Shown here piece after piece: positions 42,137 through 55,405 of a stretch of 64,000 nt of DNA. Where the stretch lies: positions 41,230,001 through 41,294,000 of the forward strand of contig CM114271.1 of assembly GCA_050084515.1 (NCBI GenBank), given 5' to 3'. Each line of letters starts with the position of its first letter. Position 1 is the stretch's first letter. Made by a program: the position numbers and the translations under genes. The notes below the pieces were generated by a model. It was not told the origin of the DNA and did not search any database. It worked only from the letters and a program-made list of their open reading frames with translations. The DNA comes from Blasia pusilla. Its lineage: Eukaryota.

Positions 42137-43369
42137 TCACCACTCCATGGTGCCCACTCGGGGGCGTGTGGGCTCTTCCTCAGGTTCCATCTCTGGAAGA
42201 GGCTCTGGGGCTCTGAACTCCGGAGAGTCAAGATCTGCCAAGTTCTTCAAATCCACCATGGAAAGATCATCGAGTCTTCGGACGACAAGATCCGCAGCAC
42301 TAAGCTCGTACACAGGATGCTTCCCAGCAACAGCAACACATTTCATCAAGGCATCATGAGCCGCCTCAACGCTGGAGTTTGAGTTACCGAAAACAATGCA
42401 ACGCTCGGGTATGAAATTGAGGCGATCCGCAGCGTATTGAAACATTTCAGGATCGGGCTTTCCCCGATACGCATCTTCCGCGGAAATGACTTCATTGAAG
42501 AAGCCTTCCATCCCAACCGCCTCTATGGCCCTCTCAAGATACTTCCTGGGCCTAGTAGACGCGATAGCAATGGGAATATCGTATTTCTTCATGTTCGCCA
42601 CAAACTCCCTTGAACCCGGAACAAGCCTGTAAGTTCCCCCCTGCATCTCTTCGTAAAGCTCTTCTTTCCTCAAAGCCAGCCTCTTCATCTGACGGAAATC
42701 CCGGGTCCAGCAAAGCACTTCACTTAAGGCTTGTTCATTCTTCATCCCCTCCGCGCGTTTTAGGATGAAGGCTGGTGGTGGCCGCCTTCCTTCTTCTTCG
42801 GCCAGAGCCGTCCATGACTTCCTCTCCAAATCTGCATCGTCTTCGACAATTACCCCCTCCCACTCCAAAATGACCCCCAACCATCCGCATCCCATGCGAT
42901 GCTGACGAAGAAGTGGATTCTGTAAAGAAATATCATCGGCCCTATTTTCGGGGAATAAGGACTTGGGATTCAGTCCAGTTGCAAAGTAAGATACTTCCAG
43001 TGAGTCCTTCGTTTTGTCTTTGGGCGTCTGAGCCTCTTCTGTAACATCCATAGAGAAAGCACGCACGGAGCCCTCTATCTTCATCGTCCTTCTGTTCACG
43101 TAAATTACGATAGGAGGATAAGCTCTCGAACTTCGACTTCTCAGATCAAACTGTGATTGCAGCCCTACCTTTGAAGGGAAAGATCCAAGCGATAAACCCG
43201 AGACGGAACAGTGGCTCGAAGACATCCTAACACCTACGGCAATTGGAGATAAGGAGCACGCCTCAGAAATTCTAACGTTCGCCGAGCAGGACTCGACATT
43301 TGAAGCCTGACTTGAGGACAAGTGAGCCATGACTCCTTGCCCCAGGGTCGCCAGCCGCACAGCCATCAT
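42137..43369 (-). CDS. PYRP2: Plastid HAD-like phosphatase, 5-amino-6-(5-phospho-D-ribitylamino)uracil phosphatase family (riboflavin pathway)
   Basis: Intact 410-aa ORF from the ATG at 43369 (the track's 43393 start is non-ATG). Ser-rich transit-peptide-like N-terminus; RMGCGWLGVILEWEGVIVED, EEGRRPPPAFIL, GKPDPEMF, PERCIVFGNSN. Confidence 0.88.
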   Translation of the reverse strand: MMAVRLATLGQGVMAHLSSSQASNVESCSANVRISEACSLSPIAVGVRMSSSHCSVSGLSLGSFPSKVGLQSQFDLRSRSSRAYPPIVIYVNRRTMKIEGSVRAFSMDVTEEAQTPKDKTKDSLEVSYFATGLNPKSLFPENRADDISLQNPLLRQHRMGCGWLGVILEWEGVIVEDDADLERKSWTALAEEEGRRPPPAFILKRAEGMKNEQALSEVLCWTRDFRQMKRLALRKEELYEEMQGGTYRLVPGSREFVANMKKYDIPIAIASTRPRKYLERAIEAVGMEGFFNEVISAEDAYRGKPDPEMFQYAADRLNFIPERCIVFGNSNSSVEAAHDALMKCVAVAGKHPVYELSAADLVVRRLDDLSMVDLKNLADLDSPEFRAPEPLPEMEPEEEPTRPRVGTMEW

Positions 43370-44803
43370 GTTGTTAACAGAGATGATCCACAATTTGTGA
43401 AGTCGAAGCTACGACAGAGACCACCGGGCAGAAGGGGGACCAACAGTTCGATGAAGGATTGCTGTTGCAACACACGAGGAACTGATCCGAGTAAAAATCA
43501 CTTGAATGATCAATCTGACAGACACATAAAGGGTTCCAAGCAATCTTGTATATGACTAGGGCCTCAAACCACTGCACACGTTTGCACTACTTCTTGATAC
43601 CAGAAAATCTGAAACAAATCTGCTCAGCCTCTTCTCACTGCAAGCCGGCTGGGATAGATATGACCTCCGAAGTCGAAACGAAAAAGCTGTACCCCGAGTC
43701 TCCCCAAGCACCCCACAAACATGTGTCTACACAAGACAGGCGAAACAGGCAAGGACTTCTTATCCACTACCTGCACAAGCACGACACCCTCGCCGCGCGC
43801 ACAATGCTTGCTGTTGAAAAATGAACACAGGTGACCGCAACGCTTGAATCTCCGCGAAAATAACGCACTTGGTCAGATCGCTACGCGTAGAGAGACAAAA
43901 CATTCCCCGGCACCCGTCCCCGTCCTTCCTGCAAGCATGTGCACACACCACCAGAATGTCACCGTGAAGATCAAGGCACCCGACCTTCCCAGATGCGAAC
44001 ACAGGAGATGAAGACCTAGGACTAAAGACCAGTGAAACTTCGTGTGCGGGCGCTTGCCCACCAATTGATGACGGATGCGCGAGACAGACGGACCATGGAA
44101 CTCGCGAATAAGTCAAAATGCCGCCTCCCAAAAAGTAAAGTGATAGGCGTTTGGACCCCCAGGAGGAAAAACAAATATCACATCTCCAACTATTGAATTG
44201 AAACCTTAGAGCTAAAAGTGAAAATTTTCTTTTTTCACTTCCTAGGACGTGTCCAAGAGACGCTTTGATGAGAAATGAATCTGGACCTACAGAAGACGGC
44301 TGTGAAAGAAACCAAATTTGGAATTAGACGGTACTCTCGTGAAATTCAATAAATAGAATCCATAAAAGGGGAGAAATGTGACTTCAAGAACGAATTGACT
44401 TAAACTCGTAATTAACATTGAGGTCTTGCAAACCGGTCTACTATGATATGAAGGAGAAGGTTTGGCTACGTATTCTGACTTTCTGTTTTGGCATGGTTGA
44501 GTCCACGTACTAGGGCAAGTAATGGCCAACAACACATTGGAACTTATGATGGCCCTAAAATCTATATTATAATTTGAGGAGGGGGGTATTACTTTATTTA
44601 ATAGTTCCCATCCCGAATAAGTGAAGCCCTCCTTTAAAAGGAAGTCTCTTTTAAAAACTTGAAAATAGTTGATGAAATTGATATCCAAAACTTTGGTAAA
44701 TAAATCCAATGATGATGCTCGCCAATCTTTTTTTCATCTCAAATTTGGTAAATAACCTTTCCCATAGTATATTTGCCATTTCAATATTATTCCAAAGTTC
44801 ATT

Positions 44804-44829
44804 CGTGCATCGCACGTGCACCAGCTAGT
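44804..44829 (+). mobile_element. Helitron-type 3' terminus
   Basis: Hairpin CGTGC-ATC-GCACG followed 8 nt later by CTAG|T. The 5' end was not located. Confidence 0.55.
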
Positions 44830-46394
44830 ATATATAAAACCTTTAGGTGGCATACACTTGTGCAAAGTCCTTCACCGTGTTAGAATAGTCACCGTCACAA
44901 TCTCACCATTTTCGGGTTAAGGGACGCAAAAAAATAGTTTAACATTAATTTTTCTTTTTTACCTTTCTCAAATAGTTTTCCATCTTTTTTTTTCATTTAA
45001 TTTTTTTCATGTTTTTAGTGTAGTACTAGGATCATTCAAACATATTTTTAAAATCAACTTCTTAATTTTTTATTCAAGGACTAATAGTAGGTTTCTAAGA
45101 ATTAAAATTTTCTAATAAAGATTATATCTCGCAATTAAGGTTAAAAAAAATCAAGCTATATCATGAAAATCTTCGAGTTTATGCAAAAGATGAAGATACC
45201 TCTATGGAGACTAAAAGTAAGTAGAAACCTAAGATGAAAATAATTACAACTACTTGGTGGGCACAATCATGCTAAAGTTCCCTTATGATCCTAATATGGA
45301 AATTCAAAATAGTGTCGTATGGAGTTCTCATGATATTGTTGATAACATGTTTCCATTTCATTGCACCATTAGTCAAAAATGGTCGTGCGATGCATTGGCG
45401 TCAAAACTTGACAATTAAAAAGATGGATTTATTACAACTTAATTCTATGGGATGGAATATTTAGATTGTGAAAGGAGTGGTTGGCTTGGACTTGTGCTAC
45501 TTCCAGTTTCTCTTGCTGATTGTTCAAGTTGTTTTTGTAGTGCTACTCTTTGCTCAAATTGTTATAGGCAGCATACATCCAACTGGAAGTGAATAGTGCA
45601 CGTAGGAGCTCTAACGATGAGCCTAGGATTCTCCATTTACAATCGACAATTCTAGGCTCCAATTTTGACATCAGGAAAATATGTGCTGAGATTTTCCTAT
45701 TGTGGAAAACCTCAAATTGGTGATAGATGCATTGTACTTGCACATTAGTGTCTTGTGATTCTCATAGTTTCCATCAAGGGAGTAACTTTCGCACTTGTGA
45801 AGGGCTCGTACCATTGTTTTGACTCCATTTTTTATATAGTGGAGCTCTATCTGTCTACAATTGTGTCGGTGTTCTTTGTGGTGGCATCTTGCAGTGGGTT
45901 CAAGTTTAGTTGACATCATGGAGGAGCAATAGACAGGAGCGCCACTACTACATATGGAAAGAGAAAGTGCACATCGGGAGAGTGGGTTCAGCACAACAAG
46001 ATGGCTTGGAAATATCACATTCTCGTGGCTTAATCCCCTCTTGACGGCTGGAAACAAGAAGCCTCTCTGGGACAAGAAAATGTGGGAGCCCTCATGCCCA
46101 AGAAGAGAAGCTCTCAACGCGCTCTAAACATAAAATAGAGATCTGCCAGCGAAATGGAGCAGAGGCTCACATATTCTATACCTCAAGCCTTTCAAGGAAG
46201 GAAAAACTATCGGGAAGAGTATTCAAAAGTGCAAGTGAAATCTTACCCTCTACTTTGGTGCCACTGTTCAGAGCGTTGGTTTTGCCTGCCTACAACCAAC
46301 TTCAATTCCTTCCACTTTGACTCCTCCAACTTTCGCCACCACAAAGCTACCAAGTTACTTTACTGGTTATTTCCTTATACAAAAATTATTGCAC

Positions 46395-46625
46395 TATTCA
46401 CCACTCGTTTAGTAAACCATCCAAACTCGCATAGTTGTGTGGATGGAGTCAATTTTTTTCAACATAAAAAAATACTACACCATTCACCACTTGTTTAGTA
46501 AACCATCCAAACACGCATAGTTGTAAGGATGGAGTCAATTTTTTTAAAACATAAAAAATACTACACCATTCACCACTCGTTTAGTTAACCAAATATCCAA
46601 ACATGCACACTTGTGTGGATGGACT
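46395..46625. repeat. Tandem repeat, ~85-bp unit, about 2.6 copies
   Basis: ATTCACCACT(C/T)GTTTAGT...CCAAAC...GGATGGA recurs at ~46396, ~46482 and ~46568. Confidence 0.85.
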
Positions 46626-49600
46626 CGAGTTCCACAAACAAAGTGTATGGTTGAAGGACTCTATAGTCTTACATTTACCCACGTAAGGACTAATTTTTTT
46701 CAAGTTTTTCACTTCTTATAGAATGTGAAGACTCTGAAAGATTGCAAACCCAAACCCCCCGTCCTTCCTTAATAGGAGAGATCCCCAAGCTATTTTGCAT
46801 TTAAGGCACTCTCAACTCACATGAGGTACGAATGCCAAGGATGGATATTTTAGTTGACCCTTTCTTTTAGTTCACTGATCCTATTCTTTTTCTTTTTCTT
46901 TCGTTGAACTTAATGAGCTTAAGGACTTCCCCCTTTCACTTTTCACACTGGCCGTTTGTAACATCATATCTTGTTCAATCCTTGGGTAACATTTATTTAT
47001 CTGGTTTAATGGGTTCTCCTATCTTCATTTCATCCATTGTGTCATTCTCTTCCAACTTCCATTGTGTCTCCCACGCACTCAATCTTGTTATAAGAATTTT
47101 TTAATCACATTACAAATGGCTACTCCACCTCCATATATTGTAATTGCATGTTTCAAGTGGATTTTCATAGTTCAAATTGAAAACGAATTTTTGAACCATC
47201 ACAGTTGGTAAAAGCATAGGAAAGAAACTTAAGATCATACATCATAAAATTCAAAATTGGGAAAATTTTATATTTAACATAAGTAGGCCAAAGTAGTAAC
47301 TAGCAAGAGGAAGAACTCTCCAAATTCTTTGAAAATTTATTTTAAATATTTTCAGTGTGCTGGAGCATATAAACATACACTACTTTAATAGGAAATGCAC
47401 ATCAAAATAGTGAAATCAATTATATAAGTAGTATAAATTTAAAGAACTGCCACAACAAGGAGGTATACAAAATAAGATCAAGAAGGAAATTTTAGGGCAA
47501 CCTTATCAAAACAAATACAATTGTTGATAAGGATTGAGGAGAACTTAATCTTTGTTTAAGTACATGGCGCATGTTCTATGATGGAAGGATTAGATCTTCC
47601 CAAGACGAGTGATTGATGGATGCCAATGCATCACTTGAAACTTCATAATATAAACATAATGACTCTACATATAGAAAATTTGATCTTTTTCTTATCATGT
47701 CTTCAAATTGTGCAACACAAAAATTTATCCTTTGTCCACTTTTGATTAATTTTTTTAGAAAAAACTCTTTTGTTCTACCATTTAATTCACAAAAAATGAT
47801 GAACAATTATCTTTTTTTTGTGAATCTTTGTGGATAAATTTGTACATAATGCTTCACAAAAATGACAATGAGGAATTTTCAAAGCAAGAACATGACCTTC
47901 AAAAGTTGGAAACATGTGTGTGTTCCCTTTCCTATTGCAATGGCACTACAAGCTATCCTACTTTGAGATTGATAGTTCTTGATTGGATTCCATGTTAGAG
48001 AGAGTCGCATGAGTGATTGCAAAGAAGGAAGATAAGAAACCAATTTGCAAAGGTGACAAAGGATACCCTAATTTGGTAAAGCACATCATTTCATGTAATC
48101 TAGAGCCAATAACAACACTCACAACAAAAAAGGGCATGTGAAGATTTGATACCTTGCAAAGATGATGGAACATTGTGGTGCCTCTAAATTCTTGGGATGC
48201 TATATTTGAGGCCGTAAATGTGTTTCCGTAAAAAAAAATTGAACACTAGTATCAACATGAATCCCAAGTGAATCGAGAGCTCTCTCCTTACTCTATATAT
48301 GATTCCAAATCTAAGTTTACCATGTTAAATCCCTTACTTCAGCCAATCTTTAGGTTATTCCATTTCACTCTCCTACTACCTAGCTTTACCTTGTTTTATT
48401 TCAAGGGCACTTGTATGGGTTCCACTATTATTTAGATTTATATTAGTGTACAACTCTATATTATACAGACATACATTAAATGGATTTTAAATCACTTCCT
48501 AAAATGATAACTAATTTTTAAGATTTTCAAATACATTTTTTAATTAATTTTAAATGATCTTATTGATTCATATCTTATGGAATTAGAATGTCAAATGTAA
48601 GATAAAAAAAAAGTTTAAAAAATTAATTCATTCTCAATTTAAATTATTATTGAAAAATATTTTCTTGATTTGCAAATACCTTTCTATTTGATATATAAAA
48701 AATCGACAGAAAAAAATGAAACGTATAACAAAAATAAAATTTAAACTTTTATCATTATTTCTTCCTTCACGAACTATATATTAAGAAAGACTCTTGGAAC
48801 ACTTTTTGAATACCATTGCATCATAAGGACATCTTATTAATGTAAATTTATTGATAATAAAACATTCAAAATCTTAATGAGATGAATTTTTGTAAATAAA
48901 ATTACAAATAATACTCGGGAGAACTACACGTGGGCCGGACGCCTTGATTTCCGTTAAGGCTAATCGCGCTGCCTCTCGTTAGATCCGGCGGACGTACTAT
49001 GTTCTCCGTCCCGTTTCTCAATCAATCACTCAAGGGCAAAACCTGCAAGTACGTGACGGTGAAGAGTGCCAGCCCAAGAGATGAATCTGGACCGTTGGCT
49101 GCTGAATCTGAGGACCAGCCATGAATCTACCATTGCATCCTTGTTGTCCTTATCGATCTTTTCTTTCAATCTTTACACACACTCCTCGGAGACCTACGCG
49201 CATACGTGTCCGAATAGGAGGGAACTCCCGCAGGCAAGCGCCAACTAGGCATCATGTCGCTGACGTGGTTAGACACCACGTCAGACTTGTGCGCGTGGCT
49301 GATAGCTCAGAGGACCCCAGTTACCGAGCAGGAGCAGGTCATCCGCCGATCGGGTAAGAGAATGGTCTGGATTCAATTAGGCAAAATATCTCGAGGACGT
49401 TCCCGGCAGACGGAATGTAAACGTGGCAGCACGGGTGTCCAGAGACTGATTCGGTAATGTAAATCGTACGCCGTGCAAATCCTGCTGACGTGCTCACTTG
49501 GCGTCCAGCGCCGAGCGTCTCCTGAGTTCCTTTCATCGTAAAGTTCTGGTATAAGGGGGACGAACCGTCTTGAAATCTTCCGTCCGGACAATTTCATATG

Positions 49601-51284
49601 TGGATCCGATCTATATGTGAATCTTCCGTCCATATATTTTCATCGGCGGCGGGTTTCATATTCGTTTGGATGTTTTTTTTAAATAGTTTTTGAAATATTT
49701 TTAATTTAATATTTTAGAAAGTATAGCAGAACCTTAGAGAAATTCAAGAAATCATTAGACTAGGTCTTTTTAATTTATGTTAGTTTATGTTATAAAGTGA
49801 GTATAATTTTTGGATTTGCTGATACCCCGGTAATTGAGATTTTGTCAGAGAGTTCAACCTCTATCACTCCTTGGTAGCCCGCGAAGAAATTCCAACATTC
49901 GGTCTTGCAAGTGGAAGTCTTGAGTTGGGTCCCAACCAATCTCACCTTCCATAAGCAAGTTGATGAAGTCGCCAAACGCTAAATGGTTCCATTTCTCCTT
50001 AGGTGCATATCGTCTCCCTAGGAAGCCTCTTCCCAAATCCTCTACCAATAACCCCCAATTGCTCACCTAAACCAAAGTGTGGTTGTTAATTCTTCAAGGA
50101 GTGAACCAAATTGTTTTTTAGCTCAAACTTGAAACATGGTCCAAACACAAAACATGTTTAATCCCTTGTTCCAAGACTCAAGCGAATAGGACATAAAGGG
50201 CTCCTTCGTTCAAGTACTTCTAGGGTTCTCCGAGAAAACCCCACCTTTCCTAACCTCCATCTTAGGCCCTTGGTTGTAATCCATAATCTAATCGTGGTTT
50301 GCTTCTTGCAGACCCGTATTTGACTAGTTAACCTCCAAGATGACTTGGAGAAGTTTCTTGGCAGATTTTGCCTATCTTAATTTCCCCAAACTCATCTTGG
50401 AGCCTCAACCCGTATTTAGTGAGTCTCATGGCTACCGCCCATCTTAACTCCCACCATTGGGTGTCTCATGGTTTTCTTGCCTCCCTTTATTTTTCATGAC
50501 TAGCCTCATGGCGTCTCACCCATCATCACTACACCCTTCTTTCTTCCTATCTGTCCTTGACTCAAGTCTTAGCTCAAGGCGCTTCCGCCTATCTTGCCTC
50601 ATCCTCATCCTCATCCTCACGAGTAGCTATGCCCCATTTGTCTTAAGGTGAGTTTCAAGTTGCATGCCCATCTTGACTAAAGCTAGTGCTAAACCCTTGA
50701 CGATTCTCGCCGCCCATTCAAGTCTTTTGGATATAAATATAATATGTTTTAATTTTGATGGGTCACACAAAGTTATCTCTTCCTTTGATCCATGATCATG
50801 ACTTGCTTTCCGATCCCCTCTAGGTTGAGCACCTTAGACTTAGTTAATCGCAATGCATATAGGAATGGTGTAGCAAGATCTTTTTTTTGGTGAGGATAAC
50901 AAGATCATTTTTTTGGAAAAATTTTGGCATATTTTTTTTGGTATAGCACAAACTACAATCTTGCCTAACAAGTATACAACCCTCTTAAATTTTAATAACA
51001 TAAAACACAAAAAACATTGAATATTTTTTGTGTTATTTGGTTCTTATGTATATCTAATAAGTCTTACAGTCTAATATTATGGAAGTCTTCAAGTGGCACA
51101 TAGATCAAGTGGATAAAGTAAATATTGACTATTGCATAAAGGATTAGTCAATTATGGAAGAGGCTGGATAAGAGATTGGTTGTTTGATAAAGAGTAGTAG
51201 CATGAAGAGTGTGTAGGTTGAAGAAAATATTATGAGCACTTTGTAAAAAACTGCTAAAAAACATAACTCATGGGATACGATTTT

Positions 51285-51580
51285 TGGCGTTAGGAGCATC
51301 TCTCTTGCATGTGTGTGTGTGTAGGAATTACGGTGCAGGTGTTCGGATTCCTTCATAGCATAGGGCGGATGTGGCTTGATATGCGGATGTAGATTTAGGA
51401 GTTGAGTTTTAGGCCGGGTGAGTCATTTTTACTCTGATTTTGTTGTGCATTCTTGATGTATTTGTATGAGTTTATTTCTTATTTGTGTGTGAATCTACCC
51501 GTATGTTGGGAAGATCGATGTTGTGTGGTGTGGATGTGACCAACAATCTGTATTGTGGAGTGATGTGTATGCGCACGACA
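51285..51580 (+). repeat. Terminal fragment (end of A plus B) of the DNMT-Gypsy family
   Basis: Colinear with ~12185-12483 (GATTCCTTCATAG, GAGTTTTAGGCC, ATCTACCCGT, GGGAAGATCG); ends GTGTATGCGCACGACA. Confidence 0.85.
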
Positions 51581-53103
51581 TGACATAATTTGACCAGTGA
51601 AGCAAAATTGCTACTCTAATTTGTGACGCTACAAAGCAACAAGTGAAAATGAGGGTCCATAGCATCTAATGATGAGGTTTGCCAAAAATTGGAGTGCTTA
51701 ACATGAAGCACAAACTCAGATCCTCAAATGCTGTAAGATGAAAATGTGCAATGGAAGAGTAGCTCCCAAAAACTACCATTGGAGCATCGACTCTATTACT
51801 GATACTTGCAAGCTAAGTTTGGGATCATTATCTATATAAGATCTAATATCTTTGCAGAAATCTTTGGACTAAGCTTTGGCCTCTACTAACTTATGTTTTA
51901 CCTCAACTATAGTTGCCACACTTGACCAAGCATCCTCTTAAGCTACTCCTAAGATATTTTCAAAAACAAAAACCTTTGTAAAGACGCAAATACAATGTTG
52001 CTCTACTTCATCTAGGGCAGAAGAAATGGAATCATAAACATGAGCAACAATAGATCCATGTTTATGGTTGTTGCGCAAAGGAGTGTCTTCATAGTCATTG
52101 GATGTTGTAGGTGATGAATCTTGCCATGCACCAAAATTGAACCGTTATGGAGGTAGACCAAGTCGCATGCGTGCAACCTATATCAAAATAAGTAGCAGAA
52201 TTTAGTCATGCCTTAATATTGGTAATGAATAACAAAGTAAAGAGATAAGGCATGTTGGTGTAGAAGAGAAGTTAAAGAAGAAAAATATGAAGTAGGGATA
52301 AGCACAAAGAAGATTGTAATTGAAAAGACTCGCATTATAAGTTACTAGAATTACTAATAGTTATGAGAGGCGAGTGCATTTGATGCCTCAAAAGTAAAAG
52401 ATGGTCTAGCCTGATTCGACCAAATACACGACTAAAAAACTTTGTTTTGTTCCTCTTGGTCAAAGTGTTCTCTTTGAAGTCAACTTTCTTGAACTTTACG
52501 AACTTTTCTCTATACTTGGATGAAGGAATCTGAAATTAGAATTAGAGTGGAGTGAAGAAAAAATCACACAATTTAGAAATGGACGGGGTTATGGCAAATC
52601 AAGCATATCTGAAGGATGTGCATCCTTATTAATCCTTCAAAACTTGGAATCCCAAAGTTGGCTTTGACCAATCAAACTACGGATTTACCTTCCTATCACC
52701 CCGTGCTCCCAAAAAGTAGGTACCATGCCCAAGTCGTCCATATGTTTAATTTCGTTCTCTACTGAAAAGATGAACTTAGGCTTGAACTCTTCAAGTTGGG
52801 CATGAATGTCACTCAAAATCATGCTTGCGAAGTCTAAGTAACTAGTGACCACACCCTCATAATAGTTAGGGAATACAAGTATAGAGATTCTTAACCTCTA
52901 CGACAACTTGATCTTGGTGTTGTGGTGCTTTGATGGAATGGGCATGTGGCACAATGGTAGGATTAGGCTCTTGCTCATACCATGGAAAATCCTCAGGTTG
53001 ATGGTTGTTATGTGTTGCTCTTGGGCAACGACCTCTACTAGAGCTGTTGCATGAAGCCATGTCTTGATAGTAACTCCATGTTATGTCAGTCCCAAGAGTA
53101 AAC

Positions 53104-53550
53104 CTAGTATGTTGCCTGACCAAAAACGGTAAAATCTGATGGCACAAGTGCATCAAGTATCCTTAGTTGATCACTACTTCTAATACGTGATAACATAACA
53201 TATGTTAAACCAATTGCAAAGACCGACTTTAAAACTAACAAACATGGATCAATAATTGTACACCCTTGGCTTTTTTGGGCTATCATTGCATATCCTAATA
53301 TAAGTGGGAAGGACTTTTTGATGTACTTTTGGTTTGAACCATACCTCAAAGTAGAGAATTTGGTTCTACTTATTTTGATGGTTCAATCATTACAGTCAAG
53401 TGTAACAAAAATATGAAGGAGTTCATCATTATCATGAATAAGATCGAAAATGACCCCAAAAGATCCATTGGCAGCTTGGTACTTTAGATTAACATTAGAT
53501 GTTATCATCACTCTACAATTTCGTAAAATTGTAGATTCTAAAATTTCATT
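53104..53550 (-). pseudogene. PIF1-type helicase C-terminal fragment, probably a Helitron remnant
   Basis: RVMITSNVNLKYQAANGSFGVI, FPLILGYAMIAQKSQGCTI and VFAIGLTYVMLSR match the PIF1 2B region and C-terminal helicase motifs. Confidence 0.8.
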
Positions 53551-53554
53551 CTCC

Positions 53555-55405
53555 ATGGAAATAGCCAAAAGGCTCTTCCCCCAAAAATAGCCTCCAAATA
53601 GTAACATGCGAGCACAAGTTACCAGGTGATCACTGGCTGAGTCAATATGTCACCTAGCCAAAAATAACAAAGAAGGAGTATCGAGCCATAAATGACATTG
53701 TCGACGCAACGGACTAGTCTTCAATCTTATCCTACATCTTAGGACAAAGTTACACTCAAACCTCCTGCTGACCCTCTATGCTATTGACGCCGTTGAACTC
53801 TACCTGTCGGCTAACTAAGTTTTGACAGCTCTCGTGCGCATACACATCGCTGATCATATCCATACCACACAACACCAATCTTCCCAACATATGGGTAGAT
53901 CCACATACATGCCAAAAATGAACTTATGCATATGCACCGAGACCACACAACCGCCCCCCTAGTTGGTAGGTGGGTCCCCCTAACTCCATATAGCACACAT
54001 GTATCTACATGACATGATCTGTTTCCCTATACACATCTAAGACATAGCCATCATCCCATGGGAGACATGACATGTGACATCCTCGAGAACAACCATCACA
54101 CCAACATGGTGGTTGCACCCCTTGCAAACTCACAAAATATACACCTCAAGCCTGGAGATACCACTACCAAACTTGGATCCACTGCCCCGTCCACATTTGG
54201 AAGATGACATGACGCATAGTTGCGCACATAATCCTTCCAAACCATACCATCCCATCCCTCCAATATGAGGACTCCGTTCAGTAATACCTCGCACTCTCGC
54301 AAAATCGTGCGCCCTGCAATGACATCTAACGTCATGGATACCGGCTACTATAAATACTCATAAAATCCATGATTGAACCTCCTAATACCTAGATGATAAT
54401 CTCCTCCATGAATGATCAAGTACCTCAATATGTCCCTATGCTAAGCAATAGCTAAGTTCTTAAATGCCATAGGCTCGAGCATAGGCTTAACTCTACAAAA
54501 AACTCCGCCCTTTGAGAACAAGCTTGTATGCACACATCTAGGTCATCAAGATCTAACACCACTGCCATGTATCAAGTAGTTGCAGGTAAATCCGGCTCTC
54601 TCCCATAGAGCAAAAAATATGGTGAAAATGATGTTAAGGATATGTGCCGATTGAATCGATACCCCATAGCCAACCATGACAATTGTAGGTTCCACTCTCT
54701 GAAATATCCTCATTACAAGCCATACTTGCGTAACCCTTTCTTCACCGTGTATTCTACTCTCTCCTCCAACCCATCCACCTCATGATGATCTCAGGATGTG
54801 GAGTGGTGATCTATCAACGCCTGATCACACAAGGCTTAAAGCTCTCCCCTCAACTTGGTACCCTGGTCAATCAACACCTCCACCGGTGCAACAAAATGAC
54901 TAAGCACATAATCAAGAAATGCATTAGTTGCTCCCTCACTCTCCTTTTTTGGTAGTGCCACCAACTCTATCCACTTGGAGAAATAATCCATAACCAACAC
55001 GTACCTGTGACGTTGCCCCATCAATGGCAAAGGTCCCGCAAAATCTACACTCCACCAATAACCTAAACCCATAATCGGAAAAAGACGTAAATGCAGAGTG
55101 GGAGCATTGAAGGATGCCCGCACTTAGTCACATACCATACAGCTGGCTACAAACTGATGAACTTTAGTATGCATGCCGCGCCACCAATACTGAACTTGGA
55201 GTAAGCTATAAGTACGCTTTACTCCAAAGTGTCCAAACTACTCGTAGGCATGTCACCTCGCATGTCACACTACACATGCTCGCTGGGAAGGATGAGGCAT
55301 CACTCTTATCCTACCATCTCCCCATACCCGTATAATATGTGTCTCCTCCCACCGAAACCTCATGGCTCTTTGTAGGATCCAATTTCGCTCCCTAACACTC
55401 ACTGT
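53555..55405 (-). mobile_element. DNMT-Gypsy family copy B, 3' portion (integrase, PHD, B1, start of A2)
   Basis: WSVDFAGP, DYFSKW, GRTILRE...WKDYVRN, LRCIFC; then G-tracts, B1 (53830-53950) and A2 starting at 53827. Cut at 55405 by copy C. Confidence 0.9.

Noticed and set aside
46395-46625. CRISPR-like array
   Set aside because: Whole units repeat with no unique spacers, and the context is eukaryotic.
45540-50760. Short ORFs that might be LINE remnants (45671-46117, 49790-50066)
   Set aside because: No diagnostic RT or endonuclease motifs visible.
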